Positions 23,964 through 37,047 of a stretch of DNA of 64,000 bases are shown one piece after another. The DNA comes from Fimicolochytrium jonesii. Taxonomy: Eukaryota. Both the position numbers and the translations under genes were made by a program. Under the pieces are notes generated by a model. That model made no database searches. It saw only the letters and a program-made list of their open reading frames with translations, and was not told where the DNA came from. The stretch spans positions 1,922,001 to 1,986,000 of the forward strand of contig NW_026515669.1 of assembly GCF_025526975.1 (NCBI RefSeq), read 5' to 3'. How positions within the stretch are numbered: position 1 is the first letter of the stretch; every line of letters begins with the position of its first letter.

Positions 23964-25358
23964 TCATCCCGCCCGCGTCGTCTTCCCCCCCGTCTTGCCA
24001 CCCCCCGTCTTCCCCTTCCCACCCGCGGTCTTGGCCGGCGTCTTGACGGCCCCCTCGTCGGCCGTGGCTGCTTTGCCTGCTTTGGACGCTTTGGGGAGAA
24101 GCACGGCGTGGATGTTGGGCAGCACGCCGCCTTGCGCTATCGTGACCTGCGGGGTGAGCGAGGTGAGCGGGGGTGTGAAAGATGGGTGGGATGCGGAGAG
24201 AAGAGGGGGATGCGGGGAAGAAACGCACCTTGTGAAGCAACCGATGCAACTCCTCGTCGTTGCGCACGGCGAGTTGGAGGTGCCGCGGGCTGATCCGGGT
24301 CTAATTCACCAAAACCCAAAAAAAAAAGAGAAGAACATCTGGTTAACGATCGGGTGGATATATGTGGTCGGGGGGCGAGGGGAGACGCGCAACGCACCTT
24401 TTTGTTATCGCGCGCGGCGTTGCCCGCTAGTTCCAGCACCTCCGCGGAGAGGTCTAGTGTGACGTGGAAGCGGTGGGGGGAGGAAATGTCAGTGAGGACC
24501 ATCGGAGCGAGGATGGGGAGGGAGGTTTTCGCCCCCCCTCGAATGAATCCATTTTCTCTCGCCCTTGCTACCCATCATCGGGGGTTTCCTCCCACATGGG
24601 CGAATACTCACCGAGGGAAGCTACGGAGAGAAGAGAAGACTACTTACATTCGAGCACGGCAGCGAGGTAGATCGGCGCACCGCCGCCGATGCGTTTGGCG
24701 TAGTGGCCTTTCTTCAGAAACCTATTCACGCGACCTTTTTTTCGGGAGGGGGGGGTTCCGGAAGTCAGAGATGGGTTTCGTTATATGGACTGTTGTCCAC
24801 GGCTGTCGTAGGGGTGAATGGGACAGCCCACGACGTACCGACGGGGAATTGCAGGCCTGTAGGGGCGCAGAATTGAACAGGTGAGGGACCCGGGCGGATA
24901 TGCCCCCGCCCAAGACAGTGGTGGTTAGCTCTCCCGTCTCACTTACCGGCACGGTCAGACCGCGACGTCATCTTCCCTCGCACCGTACGTGGACCCTAGC
25001 CATTCCACAAAGTCAGAAACGGGGAAATCAGCAAACCAAACCATGTCCGCCAAACGAAACAGCACAGCCCGGTGGAGAGTCGGGTGTGGGTGGACTCACC
25101 CGCGGCTTGCCGGCTTTGGCGAGGAGGGCGGAACCTGCATATGCGAGCAAAGGATGAGCGTGTGTGGGGGGTGATATGCAACGAACCAGGACCTCCCACT
25201 CCCGCGGCCTTTGCCATCCCGTCCACCTTATGTGTCGCCCGTATGCACGCACACCCTCACACAGAGAACCGACCACCCCTCCCGACGTTGTGTAGGCTAC
25301 CTTCTTTGACGGTCTCGACCATCGTGCGCGCGTTCTTGAGGTGGGCGGGCTGCGACAT
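23964..25358 (-). CDS. Histone H2A variant, 8 exons
   Basis: Exons 25358-25301, 25134-25100, 24995-24947, 24856-24839, 24734-24648, 24453-24398, 24300-24229 and 24146-23964. They splice in frame to ...[103 protein letters not shown]...[10 protein letters not shown]. Confidence 0.93.
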
Positions 25359-25846
25359 GGTTTTTCCGGGTTCGAGCAAGTGGCGGTTTATGGATGGATC
25401 TAAGTCGAATGGGGGAATGGGGGAGGTATGGGACAAAGGGTTTGCAAGTGTTGATCGATTTGTAGAAGACAAACAGCGCAGGGGACTGTTTACCTTTTAG
25501 TGGTGATGTCGGCGGGTTGTGGGGTGGGCAGAACGGTGTGGAGAAGCCACGGCTGGTGTTTATCTCTGTGAGATTGACAGCCGGCTGTTGCTTAAGTAAG
25601 TGCGCGAGCCCGTCAAATCACACACCAACGGCTCTTTTTTCGGGCACTGCGTAGTTCCCTCGCAAACTTTCACATCCACTCCACACAAGATGCCCCAGCG
25701 CAACACCACACGCACCGTTCAAACTCAACCGTGAAGCAGATGCATATTCGACGTATATGTACATTATGATGATGATAAAACTCCCCAAGAAAGTAAAATC
25801 CCCCACTTCTCACCACCCCCAGTCTTGGATAACCTTTCCACACCGC

Positions 25847-27533
25847 CTACTTCGAATAACTAGTCGTAACAACACACTTGATGATCCCATCCTTCTTCTC
25901 ATCAAACAGCGCATACGCCTTCGGCATCTCCTCGAACGGGAAGGTGTGCGTGATGACGAAGGACGGGTCCATTTCGCCGGTTTCGATGAGGTGGAGGAGG
26001 TGCTAGGTGGGATGGAGAGACGGTGGGGTTAGACGTGTGGGAATCCGGACGGGACGGGACGGGCTTACCTTCCAGTATTTTTGGACAAAGACTTGTCCGC
26101 CGCGCATGGTGAGGCCTTTTTCCATCTGCGCGCCGACGGGGTACTGGTTTGCGAGGCCTACCCAACGAAGAAAGGACCGATGCCCGTTAACGCATGTGTC
26201 CAAATGGAGGGTTTCACATCGAGTCGGTACTTACCAGCGTAATCCCCGATCAGCACGACCACCCCACACTTCCGCACACACTTGATACACTCGGCGACGA
26301 CATCCACGCCATCCGTCTCCAGGTTCAACCCGCGCTGGATCGCATGCAGGTAACTCTTGTTATACCGGAATCCGACACAGTCGATCGCGACATCGGGCCC
26401 GCCTCCATTGGCCGGGAAATGCTTCATGAGCGTCTCGTACACATCCTCCTTCGCAAAGTCCAGCGGCACACACCCGATCGACCGCGCAACCTCCAGCCGC
26501 GCAGCGACGGTGTCGATCACGACCACCTTCTTGGCCCCGCGATGCAACGCCCACCGTGCAGCCATGAGCCCCACCGGCCCGGCCCCCCACACCGCGACGG
26601 TGTTGCGCCCTTCGGCGGACGAGACTTCGCCGAGGTCTACCCCGTGCCATCCCGTGCACGCGATGTCGGAGAGGACGATGCCGTGCGCGTCGGAAACGCT
26701 GTCTGGGAGAGGGAGGAGGTTGACGTTGGCGAAGGGGACGCGGGCGATCTCTGCTTGGAGGCCTGTTCCGAAAAAAAAAACCCCCCAAAGAATAAATCAA
26801 CATGAATTGTCCATGATCAACACCCCTCGTCGACATTGCCCCGACCCGCCCAAAAGAGCGTTGTTAAGCTCCGCACGCACCATCATACCCGCCCAACAGA
26901 TGCGAGTACCCAAAGATGCCCGCGGAATGGTGGCCATACAGATACGTCATGGTCCCGGAGTTGTTGGTCGTCTCGCAGCTCGAAAACAGCTCCTGCTGGC
27001 AGAACCAGCACTCGCCGCACCCGATGATCGCGGATATCACCACCCGCTGCCCGACGTGCAGGTTCGTCACCTCCGCCCCGACTTGCTCGATTATGCCTAC
27101 GGCTTCGTGCCCGAAGACGTCGTGCTGCATGGGCATGGGTTAGTGGGGTGGGGAAATGGGGAGGGAGATAGGGTAGGACAATCGAGGGGTTTGGGTCTCC
27201 GCACCTTCTCGATCTCGGGAATCTGCCGATGATACAAATGCAAATCGCTCCCGCACACCGTCGTCGCCGTGATCTTCACAATCGCGTCCTTGGGGTGGCT
27301 GATCATCGGGCGCGGGCGGTCGACGACCCTCAGATCCTTCTTGCCGTAGAATTCCTATATATATCCGAGAGGTGAGCAAAGCAAGCTGATGGGGGAGATA
27401 GTTGACGGCCGGGACGCAGTACCAGAGCACGGGTCTTGAGAATCGGATCCTTGATGCTGACGGTAGGCGTCGCGGTCGGGACGGTGCCGACGAGCTTCTC
27501 CGGGAGGGAGCCGATGTAGTTTTGGACCTGCAT
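25847..27533 (-). CDS. Zn-dependent medium-chain dehydrogenase (formaldehyde-dehydrogenase-like)
   Basis: Multi-exon. Motifs KITATTVCGSDLHLY, GHEAVG, CGECWFC..C, GIFGYSHLLGGYDG, SDIACTGWH, VWGAGPVGL, GPDVAIDCVGF and C-terminal KDGIIKCVV. Confidence 0.92.
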
Positions 27534-28475
27534 TGTTGTGCCTTTCGGTTTCTTACTTCTGTGGTTTTGGTAACGGTGCGGATGTTGCGACTATATCTCG
27601 TGCGATGATGGATGGCTTCGAACGAACTCGGAGGACGTCCCTCCACCCCCCACCCCCGCTTTTTATACCCCCCACCCTTCCCATCCACAGCGGCATTCAT
27701 GCCATCCCGTTATCCCGCAACGCCGCCAGAACAGGTTCAAACCCCGCCGATTGTGCGGGAAATCGCAGGGTGTGAAGTGACAGCAGAGTGACAGTTCGGC
27801 GGGGCGCGTCAAGGTGTCGTCATTTCCGCGTCTTTCCGGGGAGGGGACCGGACCGTGTTGTTGATTTGGGGTTTTCGTAGGTGGTATGGCAAGGGACGGG
27901 TGGAGGAGGTTGCGGGATGTGGGGTATGGCGCATGTCCGTCTGCGGCATGCATGCCCGTGATGCCACAAATTACGGTATATAGAAGCGGGAATTTAGGAA
28001 TTTAGGTCCGAAGCCTCGCAAGTCGCATGAAGTGGATTATATGTAACCTGACATCATACAATGCATCGGCAGCGAGCTCTTACATAGCCTCCGACAAACG
28101 GCCTGAAGCTAAGTTGCTCAGAGCTGTGAGTTTCGTCTTTCCTCAGCCAAGCCACATACAAAAGCAGCGAATAAAGAGTTCAAGTCCTGGGGATCGAAAA
28201 GTCCATGCGAAGGTGGAGTGGGGGATATGGGAGACACAAAACAACACCGCAATTGGCACAGAGCCTGCTATATTTGTATGATTCTCAATTACGTTTGTAT
28301 TGTTATTCCGTTTCCCGAATATGCGGGGTGGGGAGAAGACGAGATCTATCCTCGCAGCGATTTCTATAGGCCCGTCCACCATTCTGCACAGCTTTGCTAC
28401 AATCTTTCTACGTCCATTCACAATCCCAATCGCCGCGCCGGTGTGCGTAAGTGAGATATAGTACCTCCCTACACT

Positions 28476-29609
28476 CTACTCCTGCTTCTCCCTCTGCGCC
28501 CCACCCTTCTTCCTCCGTTCCTTATTGTACTTTGTCGAGTTCCGCACCGCCTTCCGTCTTTTCTGCAATTTGTGCTTGTTCATCGCCTTTCGGCGTCGTT
28601 TGAGGATGCTGATCGCGTGCATTGTCTTGTCTTCGGTGGTGGATGCAGGTGCGTCGCCAATGGCTGTGGTGCGTTTCGCAGCGAATTTGTAGATCCGGCC
28701 ATGTCTCCCACTGCGACCACGGATGAGGGAAGCGGCGGTGGGGTTGGAGACACGCGGACCCATTTGGAAGGCGTCGAGAGCGGCGGCAACGGGGTCGGAG
28801 TCGTCGATATTGTTTTCTGGGCCGAAGGTATCAAGCATCTGCTGCTCGGTCAGGCCCAACTGCGCTTTGGAGTCCACTAGCATGCACGCAAGGACCTCTG
28901 CCGTGTCCTCATCGACGGGTTCCAGCGTCCTCGGGTTCGTGAAGTCGCGGTCCACTACAGCTTGTTTCGCAAGCGTTATCGGATTCGTAACGGAGGAGGG
29001 CGGTGGGGAGAGAGAGGAAGGGAGAGGTTGCGCGATGCGTTTACTCGCGATATATTCAGACACGGTGTCGAGCGGGTGTTTAGGCCGTTTCATGCGAAGC
29101 TGAGCTTGAGAGACGATGGCTTGTGGGCCCGTGGGGTAATGCGGGGCGCCGAATGTGCGCAGGGGGGTGGAGTAGGGGACGGTGCCGAAGATTTTGCAGT
29201 ATTCGTCGTTGTAGAGTGCTAATACCCGCTTCTCGCCAATTCGTTCGATCAGGTGTCGAAGATGTGGGCCTTCAGCAAACATATTCCCCGTCGGCCCCAT
29301 CGTGGTTGGCGCCGCCGTCTCACCCCTCCTGGCAGTCTCAATCTGCACGACCGCCTTGGCACCATAACTCTTCAAATTCAAAGGTCTATGTTCTGCAAAA
29401 AACGCCGCATGGGCAAACAACCGGTCGTTGGGGTGAGGTGCAGGGGGTGTGTTGCCCTTTTGAAGTTGGAGGGTGGTTGAGGGTTGTGGGGCGGCGGCGC
29501 GGATCCCGTTTCGGCCGTCTGTGATGGGCCGTATTTGGGAATGGCGGAGGCGGAGGGAGCGGCGGGAGGCTGCTGATGGGACGCGGGATGTGCAGCGGGT
29601 TGATAGCAT
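28476..29609 (-). CDS. Mitochondrial mS38/Cox24-like protein (DUF1713 C-terminus)
   Basis: Arg-rich presequence-like N-terminus, an internal FFAEHRPL motif and C-terminal MHAISILKRRRKAMNKHKLQKRRK. Confidence 0.8.
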   Translation of the reverse strand: MLSTRCTSRVPSAASRRSLRLRHSQIRPITDGRNGIRAAAPQPSTTLQLQKGNTPPAPHPNDRLFAHAAFFAEHRPLNLKSYGAKAVVQIETARRGETAAPTTMGPTGNMFAEGPHLRHLIERIGEKRVLALYNDEYCKIFGTVPYSTPLRTFGAPHYPTGPQAIVSQAQLRMKRPKHPLDTVSEYIASKRIAQPLPSSLSPPPSSVTNPITLAKQAVVDRDFTNPRTLEPVDEDTAEVLACMLVDSKAQLGLTEQQMLDTFGPENNIDDSDPVAAALDAFQMGPRVSNPTAASLIRGRSGRHGRIYKFAAKRTTAIGDAPASTTEDKTMHAISILKRRRKAMNKHKLQKRRKAVRNSTKYNKERRKKGGAQREKQE

Positions 29610-31005
29610 TGTTGCTGGATGTGGTGTGGTTTGGCTAGCGCCGACTCAGGCCGTCGAGTCCAGTGTCCTTCGATATGCGCCGCAGTTCTAGAGTATTGTC
29701 CTAAATCAGGAGTAGCAAGCGGGGTCTGAGGAGGCCGATGATCTGCCTTCCGGATGTTGTTTGTTGTTTGGGTGGCAGTTGAGGAAAGACCCGTCGGCAG
29801 TCAGTCGCTCAGCAACGAGACATTGCGGTCACGTGCGCTGTTCATCTTCTGCATTAAACCAACTCGCTCACTTTGCCACCATGCAGCTCCACCCAATACG
29901 CAACGGCCAGCACTGGGCAGAGGAGTGAGACGACACGCCACCAGGACATGCGATTAGGGGATATCCTAGGACTAGGACCCGGACGCCGAGTTGGAATGCC
30001 GCGACAGGAAGTCGGGGGTTAAAACTGGGAGGAACATTCGTGAGACTGACTGCTCCGTCCATTTGATTCATTCGCGTCGTTTCTGAGATGAGGATTCGGA
30101 CGGAGATTTGTCGCATGATTCATTTGCCGGCAACAGGAGGGATATCAATGGAGATCACCAGCACTACAGGACGGACGAGCAGGGCATTCAAAGAGATTTC
30201 GTTGCCGCCCATTATCAGTACATTTCACCAGCAGTCTCTAGCGGAAGGATGGGCAGGGGCCATACGGAGCTTGCCCCGACGCCTACGACTTGCTTTTGCA
30301 TTTGCAAAACTCGCACTTCCGCATATGCCACGCTGAGAAGGACATTGGCGGAATGTAGTGCAGTGATGTGATATGGAATGGATACTCGTGCCAAGGTAGC
30401 ATATACAGTATCTACTAATATGCAACCTCTGACGACGTGCGCAGAGAGCTAGCAACGCGCGACCATGGGGCACGAGTAAGGCTTTTGTTTACTCCATCCG
30501 GCCGTGTTCCCCGGGAGTCGCAGTCCACGTTTTCATCAGGGAGCTGACGAAGTTTGCTGTTTGTCCGATTTCAGTTGTGGACTGAATTTGAAGGGTGCAA
30601 AATTGATCTGGCTGGGTGGCGGCCCCCCCCCCCTAATTCATCATAAGGATACATATTTACAGTAAGTGAGGGATCCGAGTGTAACATCCAAGTGCGGCGG
30701 GTGATCACTTTTGACAGGGCCCAACCCCCAACCCCTCCAGATTGATTAGGAAACGGGTGCAGAATCTAAACAGAAAGGACGGCCTCCTTCTTGTTATGCG
30801 GCTAAGAAACAACGAAAGAGACAAAAGGCCCTCGTCGCCGGCCTTTCCCACGACTCCCGCACATTCCCAACCAACACCCTCATCACCCCACTGCTTCGTC
30901 GTCGGCTGGCCCGTACGTCCTCGCTCTCGCCGTCGCTCACTGATACCATATAGAGTCATAGAGTTTCACACACACCCCAACCACAACCCCCAACCACAAC
31001 CAAAA

Positions 31006-32485
31006 ATGCGCTCCGCACTCTTCGCCCTGGTCGCCGCCGTCGCAGGCTCCGTAAACGCAATCACTGTCCTCGAAGCTCTCCGCGCAAACGCTGGGACCGC
31101 CCAAGTCGCCGCCGCCATCGCTGCTCACCCGGAGTGGGCCGCTGCGACCCCAAAGACCTTGATTGTTCCTACTGATGCGAGCATTGTCGCTGCGAGGGCA
31201 AGGGGGAATCTGGCCCCTACGGATTTGGGATTTGTTTTTTTGCCTACTGCTGTGGACCATAGGGATAAGGCTAACTACAAGGTAAGGCCGAGTGAAGGGA
31301 CCCGAGCGGGTGCGACCCAAGGGCTGGCGACCCGAGCGTTAGCGAGGGCGTTTGGTTTCGGTCAGGGAATCCGAGCGTTCGTGAGGACGACCACAGCGAA
31401 CGCTCGGACTGGGACGAGGGGAGCGAGGCGCAGGGATCATTGAGGAAGGCGAGCCCTAGGCGAGCCACATTGCGCCTACGGCGCTAGATTTTCCTCACCT
31501 ACGCATGGTTTCAACCATCCAACCGTCGCTTGTTTGTTTTCCCACGCCTCGCTCATCCAACTGACCTTTGCTTCGCGTCGGCTTGCTTCTATTGTCGCAG
31601 GTCTTGAAGGCCCCCCAGACGGCCCTTCTGTTCGACAACTACGTTCCCGCCGGCCCACCGGAGATCCACGTCCGCTCTTCCACCCAGCAGGGCCTCATCA
31701 CCAAGGCCGTCAACTGCGATGACGGTTTCTTCTACGTTTCCAACATCCCCTTTGAGGCCGCGGTTGTGCCCTCGAAGGCAATCGTCGCCAACCCGGCCGC
31801 CACCTCCTTCCTCGCTGCGTTCACCAAGCTTGGACTGGTCGCCACCCTGGACTCGCTGACCGATGTGACCATCTTTGTCCCCACGGAAGCCGCCATGGCC
31901 GCCGCCGCACCCGCTCTTGCCGCCTTGACCCCTAACCAGCTCGCCTTTGTCCTGGCCACCCACATTGTCCGCCCCGCCAAGTTCAGCACGGAGCAGGACA
32001 ACGTCGCCATGACTTCCCTCAGCGGCCTCGCCCTCCCATACACCGTTGTCGGTGAGACCGCTTCCCTCGGCGGTGCCGCGATCGGAACCCTCGTTGACGT
32101 GCCCACCTCCGCTGGCGCCATCCACACTCTCAACTCCGTCATCATCCCCGGTGTCGCCAACCTGCCCCCCGCCGCCCCCGGTGCCCCTACCATGTTTGGA
32201 ACCATCCCCATCGTCGCCGGTGGTGCCACCGCACCCAACTCCACTGTTTCGTCCGTCGTCGGTAACCCCACCACCTCTTCTACCGCGACCGTGACCAGGC
32301 CCATAACATCCTCCCGCGTTACTGCCGCCGCGACCCGCCCCGCTGTCGCTACCAGCGTTGCACCTGTTGTGTCTGCGACTCCGTCGGCGGCTGCCACTGC
32401 ACCTAACTCTGGCGCCAACTCTATTGCTGGGTCGTTTGCGGTTGTTGCTGCTGCGGCTGCTGGTGTCGTCGGTCTTGCCTTTTAA
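31006..32485 (+). CDS. Secreted, probably GPI-anchored fasciclin (FAS1) domain protein
   Basis: Signal peptide MRSALFALVAAVAGSVNA and a phase-0 intron at 31282-31600. FAS1 motifs TLIVPTD, VTIFVPTEAA, LATHIV and GAIHTLNSVIIP, then an S/T-rich stalk and hydrophobic C-terminus. Confidence 0.85.
31284..31525 (+). repeat. Intronic GCGAG/GNA-hairpin modular element, copy B (fasciclin intron)
   Basis: Several CCGAGCG/GCGAG units. CCACATTGCGCCTACGGCGC (31465-31484) matches the hairpin module of copies C and D. TTCAACCATCCA (31510-31521) is shared with copy C. Confidence 0.7.
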
Positions 32486-33272
32486 AGGTGACATTTTCCC
32501 CATATCATAGTTTACACATGGCGTCACTTTTAGTTTTGTGAGACGGCGTAGAACATTTCATACAGTAGATGTGCTCTTTGCACAGACAATTTATCCCCCT
32601 CCATATTCCTCTACCCACCCACCGTATATACAGGCCTATATGCATAGATAGATGGGGAGTGGTATCACACAGTTCTGTCATGTTGAATTCGCATCAATAT
32701 AGTCATAATCCGAGTTCAGTCCGTTGCAAGACGTTCAGCTTTCCTTTGTTCTTTTGTTTCGTGACCCGACACATATTTGGTGAGTTCAAACATCGGATTA
32801 TGAGCAGTACGAATAGGGAAAAACGAGGGGGAGGGGGAGGGGGGGAGGAGGGGGGGGGGGGGGGAGTATATTGTATCTGAGCAAGAGGTAGTGAGAAGTG
32901 GGATGGGAGAAGGGATGATTTCCAACTGCCAACGGGAAAGAGCGGAAGATATTGCGGGGAAACGCACGCGAGATGTCTATCACGGGGGAACCCAGCGGGA
33001 ACCCGCTTCGATGGTCGGCACGGAACTTGGGCAAATGTGTAACTCCCCTCGTTGACACTCCGGCCCCTCATCAGCCCCCAAGTCGTCCCAGATACCGCAT
33101 ATGTAGCGGGAGGCCATCCACCCGGCACGACAGAATCCACCAGCGGCTGGGAAGTCTATACATCAACTCTGCGGACATCTTCAGTGCAGCGTTGCCTGCC
33201 TAGCGAGTGTGGCGTGTGCACCTCTCTGATTCCAGGCTTGCGCTCGGTGGAACTGGGGCCTCGGGGCTGTTT

Positions 33273-34225
33273 TCAGATGTCGAGCGACATGGTGAACGCG
33301 TGCACGGTCGCGCCCCAGCCTATCTGCGCATCGTCGTCGTCTGTCAGGTTGCCCCTACAAGTCCCAAAAAAAAAGAAAGAAAGGGGTGTGTGTGTGTGTG
33401 AATTCCCCCCCTTACACGGCCCCACCCCAAGAAAACTCCCAATGATATTTACCAATCCGGCTCAGTCATATCATTCTCGTTCCCCACATTCTCCCAGCTC
33501 TCGAAGCCCTCCAACGAGTCCACCACAAGCTCCAGCCCCGCCGGCAGGGTGTCCCCACACGTCTCGAGGAACCGCTGCACGCAGTGCGTTCCCGAGATGT
33601 CCAAGAAGGTCAGATGCGCCAGGTTCTTGATGATCGCGGGGAGATGCATATCCGACGCGTTCGTGCCCGCTATATTCAGGGATTCAAGGTGTGGGAGAGC
33701 CGGTGGATGCCGCGCGAGGGGTTCGAGGGCGTCGTCGGTGACAAAGGGGAGGCATTTGAGTTCGAGGTGGCGGAGGTGGGGGAGGAGGGCGATGGCGTCG
33801 CGGACGCCTGCGTCTGTGAGGCGGTCGCAGTAGGCTAGCGAGAGGGATTGGAGGTGTGTTGTTTTCGCGAGGGCGGGGAGGGCGCGGTCGTACAGGGATC
33901 GACAGCCTTCGAGGTCGAGGTGGGTTATATGTGGGCAGGCGTTTAGGAGTCGCTCTAGGGCTGCGTTGTTGACGAATTCCCAGTGGCCGGGCGCGCTGAG
34001 GAGGTTGAGTTCGCGGACCAGCTCGCCCAGGGTTTTGTTCTTTTCGATGGTTTGGAGAAACTTCTCGAACGCGGATGCGCTCGCGATCTCGGGAACGGCG
34101 TAGACTGTCGGGGTGGCGAGGTTGTTCCAGAGCTTGCAGACGCGGGCACAGCGGGCGAGCGTGCGGCCGTCGCTGGCGAGGAGGATCTCGGCGATGAGCT
34201 CGAGGGGGAGGAAGGTCACTGTCAT
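33273..34225 (-). CDS. F-box/leucine-rich repeat protein
   Basis: F-box MTVTFLPLELIAEIL..LARCARVCKLW and LRRs (LDLEGC, LSLAYCDRLTDAG, LNIAGT, LDISGT). A probable intron at 33452-33355 leads to a short last exon. Confidence 0.88.
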
Positions 34226-35045
34226 TGATGTGCGAGGGGCGGTGGAAGGTGGGAGAGTGGGTGCGGGTGGGAGGCTGAACCGCTTATACGGGATCGTAAC
34301 CGGCCGACGGAATTGACGTATCTTCTGAAGTTTCACTCGTGATTTATGGTCAGGCTGAGGCGGCGGTCTGGGGCCTCCGAGCGGTTGGAAGAGTCCTAAA
34401 GGGGCGCTGATGTTGATGGGACGCCGTAAGTCTAGGTTTGAGTGCAGGGTTCCGCTGGTGCTGGTGCTGTTCTGTCGGCGAGTAGGGCGTTTGTGGGTGG
34501 ACGGGAAACAACTTCGGAAGACACCTAAGGAACAGAGATGCATTCCGTGCGCGGAGATACGGAGAAGGGATTGAGTTGGGGGTATGTTCTGCAAGCCCTT
34601 CTATCTGGGCACGAATGTAAAGTACAGTATCACCCGTTTGAACTCGATGCCATATGGGCCACAGGTGTGACAAATACATACCTTGTTTGCTCTGAGTGAG
34701 TGGGCGAGACTGTCTCAGCAGAGAGACCTCAAGTGGATAGGGAGACGTTGCGCAAGAAGGAACGAGAACACTTGTTGCGAGTGGTGGTAGTTCGTATGCG
34801 ATTTGTGTTGGGCGAGCGGGAGTAAGTGAGGGAGGAGTGTGAAATGCGGGGAAGATCAGCCATGAGGGTGTGGCTTGTGCGTGGCGTCTGCGTGGCTTGT
34901 GCGCTGTACGTAAGCGCTCTCTCTCGACCCTCGCATGAATCGCTTCCTGTGCTGGGAAGGCTTTGAACAGCCAGCAAGGAAGGCAATTGCGAGGAAAACA
35001 CTCCGGTCCTATCAAGGCGCCTGCTCTCAGCAACCCAACGCAGCT

Positions 35046-36324
35046 ATGCCGCCGAAAAAGGTCGCCGCCGCCTCCACAGATTCAGCAAAAAAGAAGCTTC
35101 CATCGCCTCCCAAGGTCGCGAAACCACCACTCTCCAAAGAGGTCGTCGAAACCAGCGACGACAGCACCGACTCCGAAGAATACCAGGCCATCCGAAAGCA
35201 GGCGACGGCTTCCTCGCCGCTAGTCTTCAAACCGGTGGGGGCAAAGAATGGCGTCAAAGCGGCCGTAGCGCCGGCGGAAAGTCCGAATGAGAGTGAGGAC
35301 GAGGAGGAGGAGACGGAGGACGAGAATGATATGGGGGCGAATGCTCCACCGGCAGGAGACAACGACGACGAGGAGGATGAGGATGAGGAAGATGACGATG
35401 AGCCAGACACCAACGCCTTCGACCACCTCCACAACACCCCATCCGTCGACGACCTCGAACTAGACTACCAGCCCCCAAAAGGCTTCACCCTCGAAACCCT
35501 CGCCCGCACATCCATCTCCAACCCCTTCGACGTCGACACTCTCACAAAGGACGATTCAAAAGAAGTATGGCTCTTCCGCGCCCCGCTGGATGTCTCCCTT
35601 GAACAACTACGTGGTCTCATGCTCAAGACACAGTCAAAAGCACCACCGAGCGAAGAAGGCGAGTTGTTAGGCACCCTCCCCATCCCCACCTCCGGCCCCC
35701 CAACCCACGCCTACGGCGTCTTCGACGTAACCCACAACCCCCTCGACGCCGCCGACCTGCGCGTCGTCCTCCCCCAGGGTAAACAGCAGCGGTACGCCCT
35801 CCTCCCGCACACAGCGAAACCGATCACGCGGTTCCTGAATGTGGCACCCGTGGACGATGATGTGGCGAGTGCCGAGGCGGTTAGGAAGGCGGGGGAGAAG
35901 GCGAGGGGGGAGAAGAATGAACGCATGGTGCATCCGGAGGGGATGCGGTTGCAGAGTGCGCCGTTTGGGTTTGATACCGGTAAGATTTGCAATCACGTCT
36001 TTCCAATGTTCTTACTACTTGAAAACTAACCCCCTTTTTCTCGCGAAAACAGCCGGCCGCGCACTTGAACTCTCCCTAGCACGCTACCCCCATCTCCAAC
36101 CCACCACCACCTCCACATCCCCATCGACAGCCAAATCACCCAAAAAATCAAAACACACTAAAACCCCATCAACAACAACAACGACAACACCAACAGCCCC
36201 ATCACCCGTTAAGAAACGGAAACGCTCCAGTGCGGTGGTTGAGGAGGTTGCTGGGGCGGCCACGGCGGTAACCCCTCAGGCGGCGGTACCGAAGAAGAAG
36301 AAAAAGAAGAGCGAGATGGAGTGA
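35046..36324 (+). CDS. RPA34: RNA polymerase I subunit A34.5
   Basis: Motifs YQPPKGF, KEVWLFRAP and HPEGMRLQSAPFGF. Intron at 35980-36052 and a Lys-rich C-terminal tail. Confidence 0.8.
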
Positions 36325-37047
36325 GGCGAGGGTTGCTGTGGAGCCAGGGTGATGACGAGGGGGGTTTGGAATTTGGAGTGGGGGATGGAGTGGGGGGATG
36401 TAGAATGAAAATGAGTAGAGAGGCGCTTTTGGAGTGGGGCTTCGCCGTCGGGGACCTCGCGAATGGCACAACCGCCGAAAGAATGACTCGACACGCATAC
36501 TCAAAAAAAGGGAACCTACACGAGACGGAGCCGAGGGCTACCCGTGTCTTGTCTGGGCCCGCTCGCTACCCATCATCCCCGACGCGACTCACAAAGACAG
36601 GCGCCGCTCCACCCCTCCTCGCAGACAGACACCGCACATCTGCGAGGATCCGCAAATCACTTGCTCAACCCATCCCCGACGAGGCTCCGCCCACATTGCA
36701 ACAGGGCCCCCGCCCCCATGCCATACCATCCCGTCACCGTCCATCCACATCTGTATTTATTTATATACCATTTGCGCTGCCGTAATCCTCATTGCCCATC
36801 CTATCATCTCATGGCCAAAGTTGTGCATCCATCCCGAAAGTCCATTTCACAGACGCAAACGCAGGATTGCAGCATTAGGATTCGTTGTTTCATTAAGAGG
36901 ACGGTAATATTGCAAGTCGCTACGGATGCTCAGCCTTCGCAGAAGAAAAGAAAGCGGGGGCTATGCATAACGGGGAGATGAGGGTGCATATACATGAACG
37001 AAAGGTAGGGAATTATGTACGCCTGCGATAGAATGAGACGGGTGGCT

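Noticed and set aside
27720..27760. GGTTCAAA resembling a tRNA T-loop
   Set aside because: No paired T-stem or cloverleaf. No tRNA or rRNA gene was recognised in the window.
31589..32527. Long antisense ORFs over fasciclin (and similarly over the lipase, dehydrogenase and MCM2)
   Set aside because: Shadow ORFs expected from GC-rich codon bias, with no protein-family motifs.
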